Assembly: GCA_951406725.2 (NCBI GenBank)
Contig: OX597827.1
Span: 38,564,001 to 38,628,000, forward strand
Reading direction: 5' to 3'
DNA: 64,000 nucleotides
Origin: Octopus vulgaris
Lineage: Eukaryota
Shown here: positions 35,409 to 48,271 of the stretch, piece after piece
Layout of the letters: the number at the start of each line of letters is the position of its first letter
Numbering within the stretch: position 1 is the first letter of the stretch
Notes under the pieces: generated by a model
Database searches by the model: none
The model's input: only the letters and a program-made list of their open reading frames with translations
Told to the model about the DNA's origin: nothing
Made by a program: the position numbers and the translations under genes

Positions 35409-38259
35409 AATATTAAGTCCTGTTCTTTTAATTTCTGTTAAAACCTTGCCTGCTTTGCATGTTATCTCTCTTACAGTTGGTAAAATAAATATGTACCAAT
35501 CAAATACTGGATCAATTATCTCTTTTGATGCCAACCCACCTGAAGCCACCCATAGTTCTGGTTTTAAAGTAATCTAATTTAAAATCTTCCACCTAAATTT
35601 ATGTTCCAAGCACAGTTTAATGATGACAGTCATTTGAGTAAATTTTTCATTACTTTTAAAAATCAATTGAAACAAAGTTGGTATATTCCAATAAAAATAT
35701 GGTCACGAAAGGGTTAAATCCACATAGCTTTGATCCAAGACTATATTGAGCAACCCTCTTGGAATGCGGAAATACAAACTCCAACAACAGCAAATGTTTA
35801 ATTCGAGATTTATAGGAATAAGTTAAGGCCAAATAGATATTAAGACATGGAATCTAGTATTCTATTATTTTTGCCATCTTACTACCCCTAACAGTGACAC
35901 AGGGTCACCAATATTTGGTGGATAGATGATTGAACCAACTCCTCTAGTGCAAGACTGGTGGTTTGTTAATTCCAGCAGCATTTGAACCTAAAGGGATGCA
36001 GCTAAAATATCCTGAGATTTTGCCCAGTACTTTACCAATTTTACTAATCACCACTCTTCTTCAATAATAACCGTGATGAAGAGGAGGAATTGCACTGGCA
36101 CAAAGTTAAGGATAGTCAAGTGAATTGCTGCCTACTACATAGCTGGTATGGATTTTAATTGACCTCAGAGAAATGAAAATGAATTAAGCTGACCCTACTT
36201 GGATTTCAGTGTACAATATAGAAAGAACATACAAAACTGAATCAAGAGGTTTTGTCTCCTTCTGTACCATTTCTGCCAGCTCACCGTCTTAATAATAATG
36301 GTTTCAAATTTTGTCACAAGACAGCAATTTTTGGGGGGGTGGGGATGAGTCAATTACATCAACCCCCAGTGTTCAACTGGTACTTATTTTATTGACCCCA
36401 AAAGGATGAAAGGTAGAGTCAACCTTGGTGGAATTTGAACTCAGAATGTAGCCTCAGGCAAAATGCCGCTAAGTATTTCATCCGGTGTGCTAACAATTCT
36501 GCCAGAATAATAATAATAATAATAATACAGTAATTATTACTTAACCCTTTAGTGTTTAAACCGGCCATATCTGGCCCAGATATTCTACATGTTTTATATT
36601 CAAACTGGCAATATCTGGCCTCTCACACCTACCCGACAATGTCATTCTAAATATAAACAATCACATCATTGAAACCTCAAAGATATAAGATAATGCATGA
36701 TTAATTCAAAACATTTAAGTGGAAAAGTATTACATTTAACAGACTAATCTGAACACGAAAGGGTTAAACTGGCAAATTTTACAAAGAGTTAGAAATCTTT
36801 GAAGCTAGGGTCACAATCAACTGACTTTGATTATGTATTTGACTGGTACTTAAGTTATCAACCTCTTCTGTAGAAATGAGTAACAATAATAATTTTTACC
36901 ATTGACAATTCTTTTGTTTTGCTTTGTTTTGTTTCTTTATTAGCAAATTTCTTACTGAGATGTTAAAAAAAAACACTTGTTCTCTTTTTCTTTCCTTCCA
37001 GTAGCATCTTCAGCTGCCGCAGTACATTTCCTTCTTTCCTTTTAACTCTTTAACTACATAATTAAATTTCATGGTCATTTCAGTAATGATGTTAAATATG
37101 TACTAAAAAAAAAAAGTGCAATTGATATTTTCTGCAATTCCCATTTCCTCAGTAAATTTGGTGTAACTCAACAGAAAAATAATTTCAAACAAGACATTCC
37201 TCAACAAAAAATAGTGACTTCTCAAAAGGACACTATTTAGATTATAGATAACAATCTCATATAATCTGGTACTTATTCTGGAAAATTCTAAGTGAATTGA
37301 AGTAAAGTATTTTAACAAGAAGTACAGTGAAGTACACTAAGCATTCCAGCCAATGTGCTATTTCACCTGTCGCTTCGTTCTGAGTCCAAATTTTGCCACG
37401 GTCAGCTTTGCCTTTCATCCTTTCAGGGCGATAAATTAAGTACCAATGAAACACTGGGGTTGATATAATCAACTAGTCCCTTGCCCAGAAATTTTCAGAC
37501 CTTGTGCCTTTAGTATAAAGAATTATTGTTATTATTTTTAAACCAACTTGAAGCAGTAGGTTGGCGGAACTGTTAAGATATTGGACAAAATGCCATTAGC
37601 TATTCTTTTGACTCTTTACATTCTGAGTTCAAATTCTGCTCGGGTCAACTTTACTTTTCATCCTTTTGGGATCAGTAAAATTCCAATTAAATCCCTCCCC
37701 ACATATTGCTAACCTTGTGCCAAAATTAGAAGCAATTATTTTTAATCCTTTCGTTACCGTATTTCTTTTGAGATGCTCTGTGTTTCTTTCAATAAATATT
37801 ACAAAGAATAACCTAGTTGTCATTAAGCTAGTGTTAGGAACATAAATTGTGACTAAGGTTTGGTGGAAGATTTTAGTTCAAAACTTATGGAAACAAGACA
37901 TTTGTACTCAGAGCCAGAGCCGATTTCAGCTGGGTTTGTAATGAAAGGGTTAAACACATTGAATAACAATCTTGACTGACACCGAATTTACCTTTTTAAC
38001 TTGGTGGCATTTTTACCATCCATTGCTGTTATGTGTTGCACAAGTCTACTGGCCCATACCTACCTTTCTTTATATTTTGTGCATCTTGGGCTTACTACTT
38101 CATATCATCTATATAAAACAACAATACTCACATTTTTACATTCACCACATTATCTTTTATATAAGATATTCTTTAATTTGTGTAGTAAATTATTTTCTGT
38201 ACTCCGAGTTTCTCTCTCTCTCCCTCATTTTTCCTCACCTTGCTTCTGCTTTGTTGTAG

Positions 38260-38441
38260 GAATGAAGTCACTGCTGAAGGGCACAAACCTTTGGAGTCAG
38301 AAAATTCTGACGATGCTGATAAAGAAAGGAAATTGAAGGCTTCCCAAAAACTACTTTCCATCTCTGTACCAGTCGTTATATTTCTCATTATCGTCATGAG
38401 TACCTTTCTGCTTGGCCTCTACTTCTTCTACAACTACCTAG
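38260..38441 (+). CDS. SPPL2: SPPL2-like exon, loop plus TM2 (NEVTAEGHKPLE...ISVPVVIFLIIVMSTFLLGLYFFYNYL)
   Basis: ttgttgtag acceptor and G|gtaagt donor; 182 nt, phase 2-1. LYFFYNYL matches family LYFFYxxL. Confidence 0.93.
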
Positions 38442-39091
38442 GTAAGTATTTTCAGCAGAACACCAGCAATACTCAGCTCTCTTCTTTCTCTCTCTCCTCT
38501 GACATTTATCTCTATCTCTCACTCACTCCTCTTTCTCTCACAAAATCTCAGTCCATCCCACGGGACATTCTATTATTATCCAGTGGTTTAAGGTGGAAAG
38601 CTGGCAGAATCATTAGCTCGCTGGACAAAATGCTTTGCAGCATTTCATTTGTCTCCATGTTCTGAGTTCAAATTCCTGCTGAAATTAACTTTGCTTTTCA
38701 TCCTTCCAGCGTCGATAAAATAAGTACCAGTTAAACACTGGGGGCAATGTAATCGACTTACCTCCTCCCCCGAAAGTGTTAGCCTTGTGCCAAAATTTGA
38801 AATCCTTATTATCCAGTGGTTAATCTACTTGACCAACAAAGACTCACTACTACCTTGGTAGTAATAAATGAAAGCTCGGTAGTAGCAGTTTAGCTTATAC
38901 TTTTCAATATTGGCATCATACTTTTCAATATCTGCATCACTTGTCCCTTTGTTGAGCAATTTCATCTAATTCTGTAACCCTTGCTGGGTGAGTACAGTCT
39001 TATGTAAGGTTGTACAGTAGGTGGTTCAGATGATAAACCAGAATTTAGGTTATATAGGAGGAAAAAATGGATATAATAACAATGGGAAACT

Positions 39092-39227
39092 CATGGTTTT
39101 CGCTGGTATGTCTTTAATTAAAGAGATAACAAAGAAGGAAGAAGCAGAGATGAGGGTGGCTACCCTCATCTCTGCTTCTTCCTTCTTTGTTATCTCTTTA
39201 ATTAAAGACATACCAGCGCAAACCATG
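39092..39227. repeat. 66-bp near-perfect hairpin with 4-nt loop, followed by an older diverged copy of the right arm to about 39310
   Basis: 39092-39157 pairs with 39162-39227 with one mismatch; loop is ggct. Confidence 0.93.
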
Positions 39228-39308
39228 CTTCTTCCTTCTTTGTTATCTATTTAATTAGAAACATATCAGCAAAAACCACGAGTTTCTCATTGTTAATATA
39301 TCTATTTT

Positions 39309-39347
<39 letters not shown>

Positions 39348-41230
39348 CTTCTTATATGTTGGACATTCTTGTTAAAGATGACCTATGAGTGCTCAAGAAG
39401 ACAAAAAAAATCCCAACAAGAATCAAATAACAGCAGAAACAGAAAAACACATTAATAGACAGTCAACAACACACACTCACATTACTATTACTACAATTCA
39501 CCAATATTTATAATTCATTCAATTCACCTGGTCACTCCTCTTGTGAGTCCCCAGGCCGCCAAAAGCAATATGGATGTGAGCATGACTCATTGAACCAGCA
39601 CATCTCTCTTTCTCCTTCCTCTTATTCTTTCTCAAAGTATAAACAGCTAACAAGTAGGGGTTTAGAGAGAGATAGAGATGTGGAATATGTCACAGTCACT
39701 GTGATGGGAAGGAAGAACTGTCTGTAATTGTATAAATGATAATTCATTGTGATATCATAAAGATAATTATTTCCACTAATTCTTCATTATCATTATTGTT
39801 ATTGACAAACATTTACTGATTTTTCATCTCTCCTTATGTTCATTCCATTTTGAATCTGACTCAGTTTAGCTCCCAAACATATTTGTTCAATTTCTTTCTG
39901 TCCTCTTCTTAACCACAATTCCATTCTCCAAAAAATTTTTAATCTAAAATTTTTTTTGTGCCTGTTTTTTTTAAAATTTATTTAATTATTATTTTCATCT
40001 TAAATTCATTATGGGTGCAACAATTTAATATATAGAACTTGGTGTTTGAAACGAATGTATTAAACATGTTTGACTGTTTGATTCAGAAGAGAAAATTTTC
40101 TATTTTCAATTTTTTTTTTCCCTTTTAATCCTACAAATTCTAAAATAGTTTTCTAAAATGACTAATTTGTTGTGTTTTTTAAAAATTTATTTATCGATTT
40201 ATTATATTTTTTGACTTAATCGAAATTGTTCAAATAATTTTTGGTACTTCAAATTCTTGTTTAACATTTTAATCTTCTACTGACGGTTGTGATACCTGTA
40301 TTTTGTCTTGTCATTATATATTAGAGTATTAGGTTGCAGACAAAACTATTGGCTTCAGTTTGTACAGCCAGATGTCAATGTAATGGCATTATTTCTTAAC
40401 CCTTTAACATTCAAATTTGGTGTCAGTTCAGCAACAATAGAAACAATGTTTGTTGTTTAAACTGGTCGTAAACAACCACATTGACACACAACCTTTTCTA
40501 ACAGTTAACTCTGCTATGACGAGATTGCACCAGCATTAATACTTTAGCATTATCATCTCAACATTTTTATGAATACATCAAAATATCTAATAACCATGAT
40601 CTTTATGAAATACCTGTTATACCTTAGATAAGACATACTATTCTTGAGTGTATGAATACATCATGTACATCTAATGCCAAGGATATTATGAATATTTATA
40701 TACATTAAATATATGTGAATACATTATATATATCTAATGTCTATAGTATTATAAATACTATAAAGTTTAATCTTATTCTTCTACTTTATATAACTACATA
40801 AATATACAGATCAACTGCCATTAATATTGTGAATGCTAAAGGGTTGAACCTTAGAGGAGACACACTTTTCCGAATGAATTTATTCAGTTTCACAATCATT
40901 AATAATATTAACCACTGCTAATACTGTAAATTTCAAAACAATATGAGAGTTGTGGTGTATGTATTACTATACAATAAGACAGCATGCAAAAAAATGAATA
41001 CGATCTGAATTTTGACAGTTATTTCTTCATTTATTTGTTTTTATTTTTTTTGTTCAACATGATTATGTATTTTGGAATAAGATTGGCAGCCTTATTAAAA
41101 TAGTCATTATAGATTTTCTCTTGGCAAGTGAGCAATTGAAGATATAATATCATTCCAATTCTAGAATGTTCTTGATTATTCTATGGTATTATGTAATGAA
41201 CAATGGTCAAGGAGTTTATATATATATATT

Positions 41231-42122
41231 TTGGATCATCCCATAAATAATGCGGTTTTCTTTTACTTATTTTTCAAAATTAAGATAGTTCTTTTTTAAT
41301 CTAAAATATACTCTCCCTCATTTTCTACAATGCTCTTCCATCTATCTGGTAGACTTGCAAAGCCCCTCTTCCAAAATACACTTGTCCATGACAAATGATA
41401 CTCCTCCAATACTGATCTGACCTGGTCTACAGAATTCATATTTTTTCTGTCCAAATGATTTTGAAGACTGCAGAATAAATGATAATCAAATGGGGCAATG
41501 TCCAGTGAATATGATGGATGGGGCATCATTTCCTATTCAAACTGCTCCAGCCTTTAGAATGTCATCCTCGCTGTATGTGGCTGATGGAAGAACACCTTTC
41601 GTCTTGAAACCAAAGATGGTCGTTTTTCTTCTAGTGCTGACTTGAATGATTGGTTGAATGACCAAATCCAAGCTTCTCTGCTAGTTCCTCAACAGTTACA
41701 ATGGAATTTTGTTCCAATAGGCTTTGCAGGACATCCTTGTTGAGCTCTACAGATCTTTCATGATGAGGCTTGTCTTCTTGGCTGTAGTTTCTGGCTCTGA
41801 ATTTCTGGAACCACCATTGACACTGGCTTATGCTTATTGTCCAATCCCCATATACTGCATTGATATTCCTCGCACTTTTCGTTGCATTTATTGAACTCAT
41901 AAAGTCAACTATGCTGAATATGCTCCTTTGACACTTCCATTATAGCTTCGAAAAAATAATTGTTAAAATCGAATTGCACTCCTCAAAAATTGCACTAAGA
42001 ATAAGGACAAGGTAAAATTACTACCTGCTTTTATAGCAAGTTGATGCCCTTAGTTTATCCCATTCCCCTCCAACTTTTAGTTCATGCAACTGAAAAACCG
42101 CATTATTTATAGGATGACTCAA
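41231..42122 (-). mobile_element. Internally deleted mariner element, same family as 17049-17811
   Basis: Same TIRs. ORF remnants PHPSYSLDIAPFDYHLFCSLQNHL and HTH region CQWWFQKFRA. Confidence 0.9.
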
Positions 42123-43869
42123 TATAATGTTTGTATATAAAACAGCCTAGTCTTGTTGCAATGGATTTTTTTTTTTAGATAAAAGCCTGTGTAATGAGAG
42201 AGCAGTAGATTGTGACTTCAAATCTAATTTGGATCCTCGTCAATTCCAATGTAGTCAAATCCCCAAATTACCTAAGCAACATGAAATTAAACATGCTTTC
42301 ATAAACAGAATTAGTCAACTCATTTGCTGCATGAAAAGTTGGATAATTATTGTTACTGAGCTTAACACTACCAACTGAAAAATGAGTCTTATGAATTCTT
42401 TAAAGTCTTCACAAAAAATGCACTTCTCTTCAGTCAGATCAGATTTGAGTTAGAACCAGAAACCTTTCTCCCAATTTCTAATCATTCAACATGTTGTGAG
42501 GTACTCTAACCCTTTAGCATTAGCTAAATGTAATGTATATTTATTCACATTGTTTTGAATTAATCATGCATTTTCTCATAGCTTCAAGATTTCAGTGATG
42601 TGATTGTTTATTTTTTTTAGAATGACATTGTTGGGTAGGTGCCAAAGGCCAGATCTGGCCAGTCTACATATAAGACAAGTAGAATATTTGGGCCAGACAT
42701 GGCTGGTTTAAATGCTAAAGGGTTATAATACAACTGAACATAATGCCATGTATAAAACTTATTCTTTTTCTGTGTGACACAATATATATAGTTACTATTA
42801 CTTGTTTGTTTCACATGACCATTTGAGAAATTCTGTGATCCTCTGGGTTGTTTGTGTCATACCAGCAGAGCATCCCTATCCAAAATAGATTTGATATTAT
42901 AATCTTTTGATTACAATATATATATATATCTATATATATATGTATATATGCTCTCTGTCTGTTTCGCTATTTTTAAGAGCTTTATCAACATTACTTTACA
43001 TAGAGACTAAATATATGTACAGCTGTTTGTGTTTACTACAGATTACAGATGTTCTCCACAGAAGTCTGTACTCTGCACTGTTTTATTTTATTTTTAGCAA
43101 GTTAACCACTTAAAAAAATTGTAAAGTTTGATATTTCAATGTCTAAATATCTGCGCAGGGTCATTTGGAATAATAATAATAATAATAATTATTTCATTTA
43201 TTTAATTTTTCCTATTTTTGTGTTCTACATTGATTTGATTGACTCAAGCTCCAATAATCTTCAGGCATTTTTACTGTTAAATATATATATATATTCTTTT
43301 CTAGGCTGGGTCTAAACTCAGAAACACATTCTCTCTCTCTCTCTCTTTTTTTTTTTTTTTTGTTTTCTTTTTAACTGATTACATATTTCTGCACTTAGCC
43401 TTCTATAATGTTTACTCAAAATTTCTAAATACTTTCTACTGAACATCTCACTAAGCTATATTGTGTTGTGTGTGTAACTCTGCATTTGGTACTGAACCAG
43501 TGCATGTATTTTTTTTTATTGGCATAATGACCCTCCCTAAACACTAGATATACATATATGGTTATATATATATGTTTATGTATGTTAATGTGATGTCAGT
43601 TGAGCTATGTATGCTGTAAGGCTTCAGTTTTTGTTACCTTTTACAACTTTACATGTCTTGCAGCTGTTACATCATACATGATGCTGCTTTTACTTTCACT
43701 ATCAATGCTCTGTTGGTCAACACCGCCCTCTGAGGAATGTTATTGATCCACTATAGATAGCACCAAGTTAAGATATCTAATAACTAGCCTTGATATCAAC
43801 AGTTTGCATCCATTACTGTCCCCCACAGACTAATTCACTCTCTATAAGCAGTCTCAATTTCCTCTAATG

Positions 43870-43985
43870 TGACACGACAAGCACTTGACTCGAACCCGCA
43901 GGGGAAAAGGAAGCGAGGACGCCCAGTGGAAAACAACTGTTGAGGCCCTATGCTCCACAAGGGGCAAAAAGGATTAAGGAGAAGA
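43870..43985 (+). mobile_element. Short RTE LINE C-terminal fragment
   Basis: TRQALDSNPQGKRKRGRP then WKTTVEALCSTRG. A further RTE-like fragment (LKWSFVGHV) lies on the minus strand at about 33230-33500. Confidence 0.65.
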
Positions 43986-45459
43986 AACAGTTTCAATACT
44001 GAGATCATTTCCTTCTGTGTGCATGAGCTATAATAGAAGCATTAATAATAGATCTTTACTTGAGCCAGCACTGGAGTCTACATGCAGTCACTTGACTCGC
44101 TAGAAATAACAGCTAAATTTCTAAATAAAGGAAAGGCACTTTGGGTAATGTAGTTTTAAATCTGACAGAAAAAGATCATGATATTGACTACTAAAATGTA
44201 TTTAATCATAGATCTGCTTGATCAAGGCTGACCTGGGGCTTATCTATAAAAACATGGTCTTTTTATTGCTAATGCAGCCAAATAAAGATTCTTGTTGACA
44301 CAAGCAACTCCTTGGCCTTTTCTCATAAAAAATTTTAATAAGTACAGTGTTTACACAGCTGTGACAATATGTAGTCTTAAAAAGAAACATACAAGAATTT
44401 ATCTAATGCTTTTGGTCCAACATATATGGCTTGTAGTAATTCTAAAATCAAGGTGTCTTGGTTGTGTGATAGCTTAAACTCTGATCTATTTAACACTTTA
44501 ACCTCTATTGTGAATATTTAATGAGAGTGCCCCTATTTGATCACTTAGCCTTCCAGAAATAAGTTAAATCTCCCTCAAATCACACCTCATTGTCTTATAA
44601 AAAGATAAAGGCATGTGAGATAATGTTGCCCTGATACCTCTGAAAAGATGAGGTGGTCAAGATTGGAATGCTTTTGATCATTTGATTAATTAGTTAACTC
44701 ATTTGTTCTAGGGAAAGTTACATAATTATTGTCATTTATTTATTGTCAAATTTAACATCACCGACTGATAAACAGATTCTTAACACAAAAAAGTCACTTT
44801 TCTTCAGTTTCAATTTGAACAAAAATCCTTAAACTCTTATAATTTCACATTTGGCCTAGAGCTAAGTTGAAACTTTAACCCAAATATTCTACTTGCTTTT
44901 TGTTTAAGCTGGCCAGCTCTCACACCTATCCTACAATGTCATTCTAAAAATAAAACAATTACACCATCAAATTCACAAAGCTACAAGATAATGTGTAATT
45001 AATTCAAAATAATTGTAGATAAATTAGCATTACATTTGACAGAGTAATCATAAATGCCAAAGGGATTAAACTCTGCAGCAGCAAAATACCCTTTGGGAAA
45101 AGATAGCAAAAAGTGTTTTAATTCAAATCTAAACGGGATCAAATTTTCTCACCCCCACCCCTCCTTATACACCATAGTTTCTTGAGCATAAAATAAGAGC
45201 AGTAATATGTATGGTGGAACTATGTCAGTGTTCCCCCTTACAGGCTTGCATTGAACACTTAGACATTGCTTAGTTTTCATATCTTACCAATGTTTGTTCT
45301 TTTGTCAATTATATATAATAGCATATATATATATAGTATGCATGCATATGCATTTGGTTATTTAAATATATTTTGTGCTTATATACAGTTCATACCTAAT
45401 ACTTTTTTCAGTAAGCTAAACTCCCCACACACACATCTATGCATGCATGTGTGCCTGTC

Positions 45460-45494
<35 letters not shown>

Positions 45495-45567
45495 AATTAA
45501 GGAGTGTGTGTGCATTACATAAATAATATTTTAATATTTTCAAGATTAAATAAAAAGATATGATCTA

Positions 45568-45613
<46 letters not shown>

Positions 45614-47149
45614 GTAAATAAAGAAACGAACATATACTAAATACACAAATGGACAGAAAGCACAGAAGGTCACCAATTTTTCATCAGTTATCGGCCAGAA
45701 GATCAAACGCAATTTTGGCCCTTATTGAAAATATTGCTTCCATTTGTTGTCTTTTTATTTATTTATTTATATATATACACACACACACATTTTATGTGTA
45801 TGAAATGTATGTGTGTATTTACTTACTCAATTATGTAATTTTAGTATTTTAATATTTATTTTGATTGTCAATTTAACATGTAATATTTGCCTCTTTATAT
45901 TCTCATTATTAACAGCCACAGCAACATTTTCATCATCATCATTGCCACAATTACTTAGCCCCAACTACTTCATATCATTTAAAGTATTTAATTTTTCATT
46001 ACTGTCATTGTCACATTCCTCATCACCTAATCGCCAATATTATCATATGGTCAAGGGTATTAGAATAGCAGAGATAAGATTTGTTGGACGAAAGAAATGT
46101 TTTGTTAATTAGTTCTTTAAAAAGCAGAGTATGTCAAACATCAAACAAATATTTTACTGTATTTAGTTGTGTCCCCTTTTGTTTCGAATTCAAATTCTGC
46201 CAATGTCAGTTCGATAAAACAAAATATCACATGTATGCAGGCATGGCTAAGTTGTCAAGGAACTTGCATCACAAACCATGTGGATTCAGGTTCAGTTCCA
46301 CTTTACAGCACTTTGAAAAGAAATATCTTCTATTATAGACTCGGTTGACCAATACCTTGTGAGTGGAATTTGATAAACGAAATCTGTGCAGAACCCCATG
46401 ACTCATTGGAAATCTGTAACTAACACCGCTATCATAAACTGTATTATAAAATACAGAAAATAAATAGAAGTATAATGGTTGATATAATCACTGATGACAT
46501 CCCCACCCCATAAAAAAAATTTGTAACCTTTCTATCTAAATTGGTTTCAAATTTTGGCACACAGCCAACAATTTCAGGGAATGGGGTTAATCTATTATAT
46601 TGACCCCAGTACTCAACTGGAACTTATTTTATCAACCCTGAATGGATAAAAGGCAAAGTCGACCTCAGTGGAATTTGAACTTAGAACATGAATATGAACA
46701 AAATGTATTTTGCCTGGCATGCTAACAATTCTGCCAGCTCACTGCCTTATAATTTGGAATAATATTGCCTACACAGTCTTCTCAGTAGATCTCAAAGAAC
46801 TGACATTCCTTCTTAGAACTGCATCTGCTATTGATTTCAGTGTCTTTCTTCAATTAAGTCATCTTTCCATCTCAAGAGACAGTTGCACTTTAGTGCATTA
46901 CCACCAAGGAGCAAGATTGTATGAAGGGCTGGCTGTTATTGTTGTAATTTAACTCTGGTTCTAAAGTTGCTTTAGCCTCCATTATCCTGTCTTTTCTCAG
47001 TCTGTCTAGGACAACACTAAGCAATGTGTCCTTTTCTGAAAAGATAGCAGATTTCAGGACTTCTACCAGGCTAAGCAGCTACAGCTTTGCTCATTGTCTT
47101 ACTGTTGCAATACAGCTGATATACACACACCCACCCACACACACACATA

Positions 47150-47198
<49 letters not shown>

Positions 47199-47682
47199 TC
47201 TCTCTCTCTCTCACCAGACAAGTCTCTCCCTCTGTTTGAATTCATTTTGAAGAATTGCTGAGACATTTGGTAACTGATTTTGATATGGGACCCTGTATTG
47301 GAATGGTGACCCCCTCCAAACTTACAGGATAAAGTTGAATTTACACTACAACTTAACAAATCACACGTTGATTTCTCAATACATCTATTTGCTTTGAAGA
47401 GTTGCCTGCCTCTGACACCTACATTGTCAGCTAGATAGACCGCAGCTTTTTTAGAATTAACTGCCGTGACATGAACCAACTGTACCTCTACTCGTAGCTT
47501 TATCTCTTCTTATCCACTCAGCCATCCATGTTCTCAACTGCCCTGTTTGTCTCCTGGAGACAAATTATTTGCTACAGAGGCCAATATCTTCTTCAACTAA
47601 CCTCAACATATTTTCTCAATTTTCATGGCCAAAGTATTTTTCGTACAAAAATCTTGCTCAATTTTTGATTATTTCATTTCAG

Positions 47683-47779
47683 TATATGTTGTGATTGTTA
47701 TATTCATGGTTGCTGCTTCCATTGCATTCTACTCATGTTTTAAACCTTTGTGGAACTATATAATTCCAGGAAAACAACG
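47683..47779 (+). CDS. SPPL2: SPPL2-like exon, TM3 (VYVVIVIFMVAASIAFYSCFKPLWNYIIPGKQ)
   Basis: catttcag acceptor and CG|gtaaga donor; 97 nt, phase 1-2. VYVxIxIF...YxC family pattern. Confidence 0.93.
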
Positions 47780-47934
47780 GTAAGACTTTCAATTTTTACC
47801 TTCAGTTATTGTTGTTCTTGAGATTCCCTTCCCAGATCATCAAGACCTATGATCATAGGTATTTAAGTCATTGGGGTGTGATTTTGTGAGGCAATTTGGC
47901 TGTTATTTCTAGTTGATTGAACTATCATCTAGAG

Positions 47935-48271
47935 CAGGGGTTCTTAACCATTTTTTTATCCATGGATCCCTTTGATTACCATTTTATTCTGGTGGACCCC
48001 CATAGCCATCGATGTTTAAAAACTAGTTTTATAGAAACTTCTTTCAAAATTCCTGTTTTGTTTTTCAAACATTAACTTTGTATTTGTTGAACTATGTAAA
48101 ACATTAGAGAAAGAAGCCTAGCTATTTTTTGCAATAAATAGCAATACATACATCTAAAACAAAATTTCTTCAGGGGCCCTTAAAATACTATTGTGGATCC
48201 CCAATTTACTATTTTGTTGCATGGACCCTCAAAATCTCGGGTGTCATATGGACCCCAGTTGAGAACCACTG
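47935..48271. mobile_element. hAT (Charlie-like) MITE with 8-bp TSD
   Basis: caggggttcttaacc and ggttgagaaccactg-like termini. Flanks atctagag and acctagag fit an NTCTAGAN-type target. Confidence 0.85.

Noticed and set aside
37002-37021. Possible microexon after the pyrimidine tract ending ccttccag
   Set aside because: Only a weak gtacat donor is available, and the 20-nt length breaks the frame.
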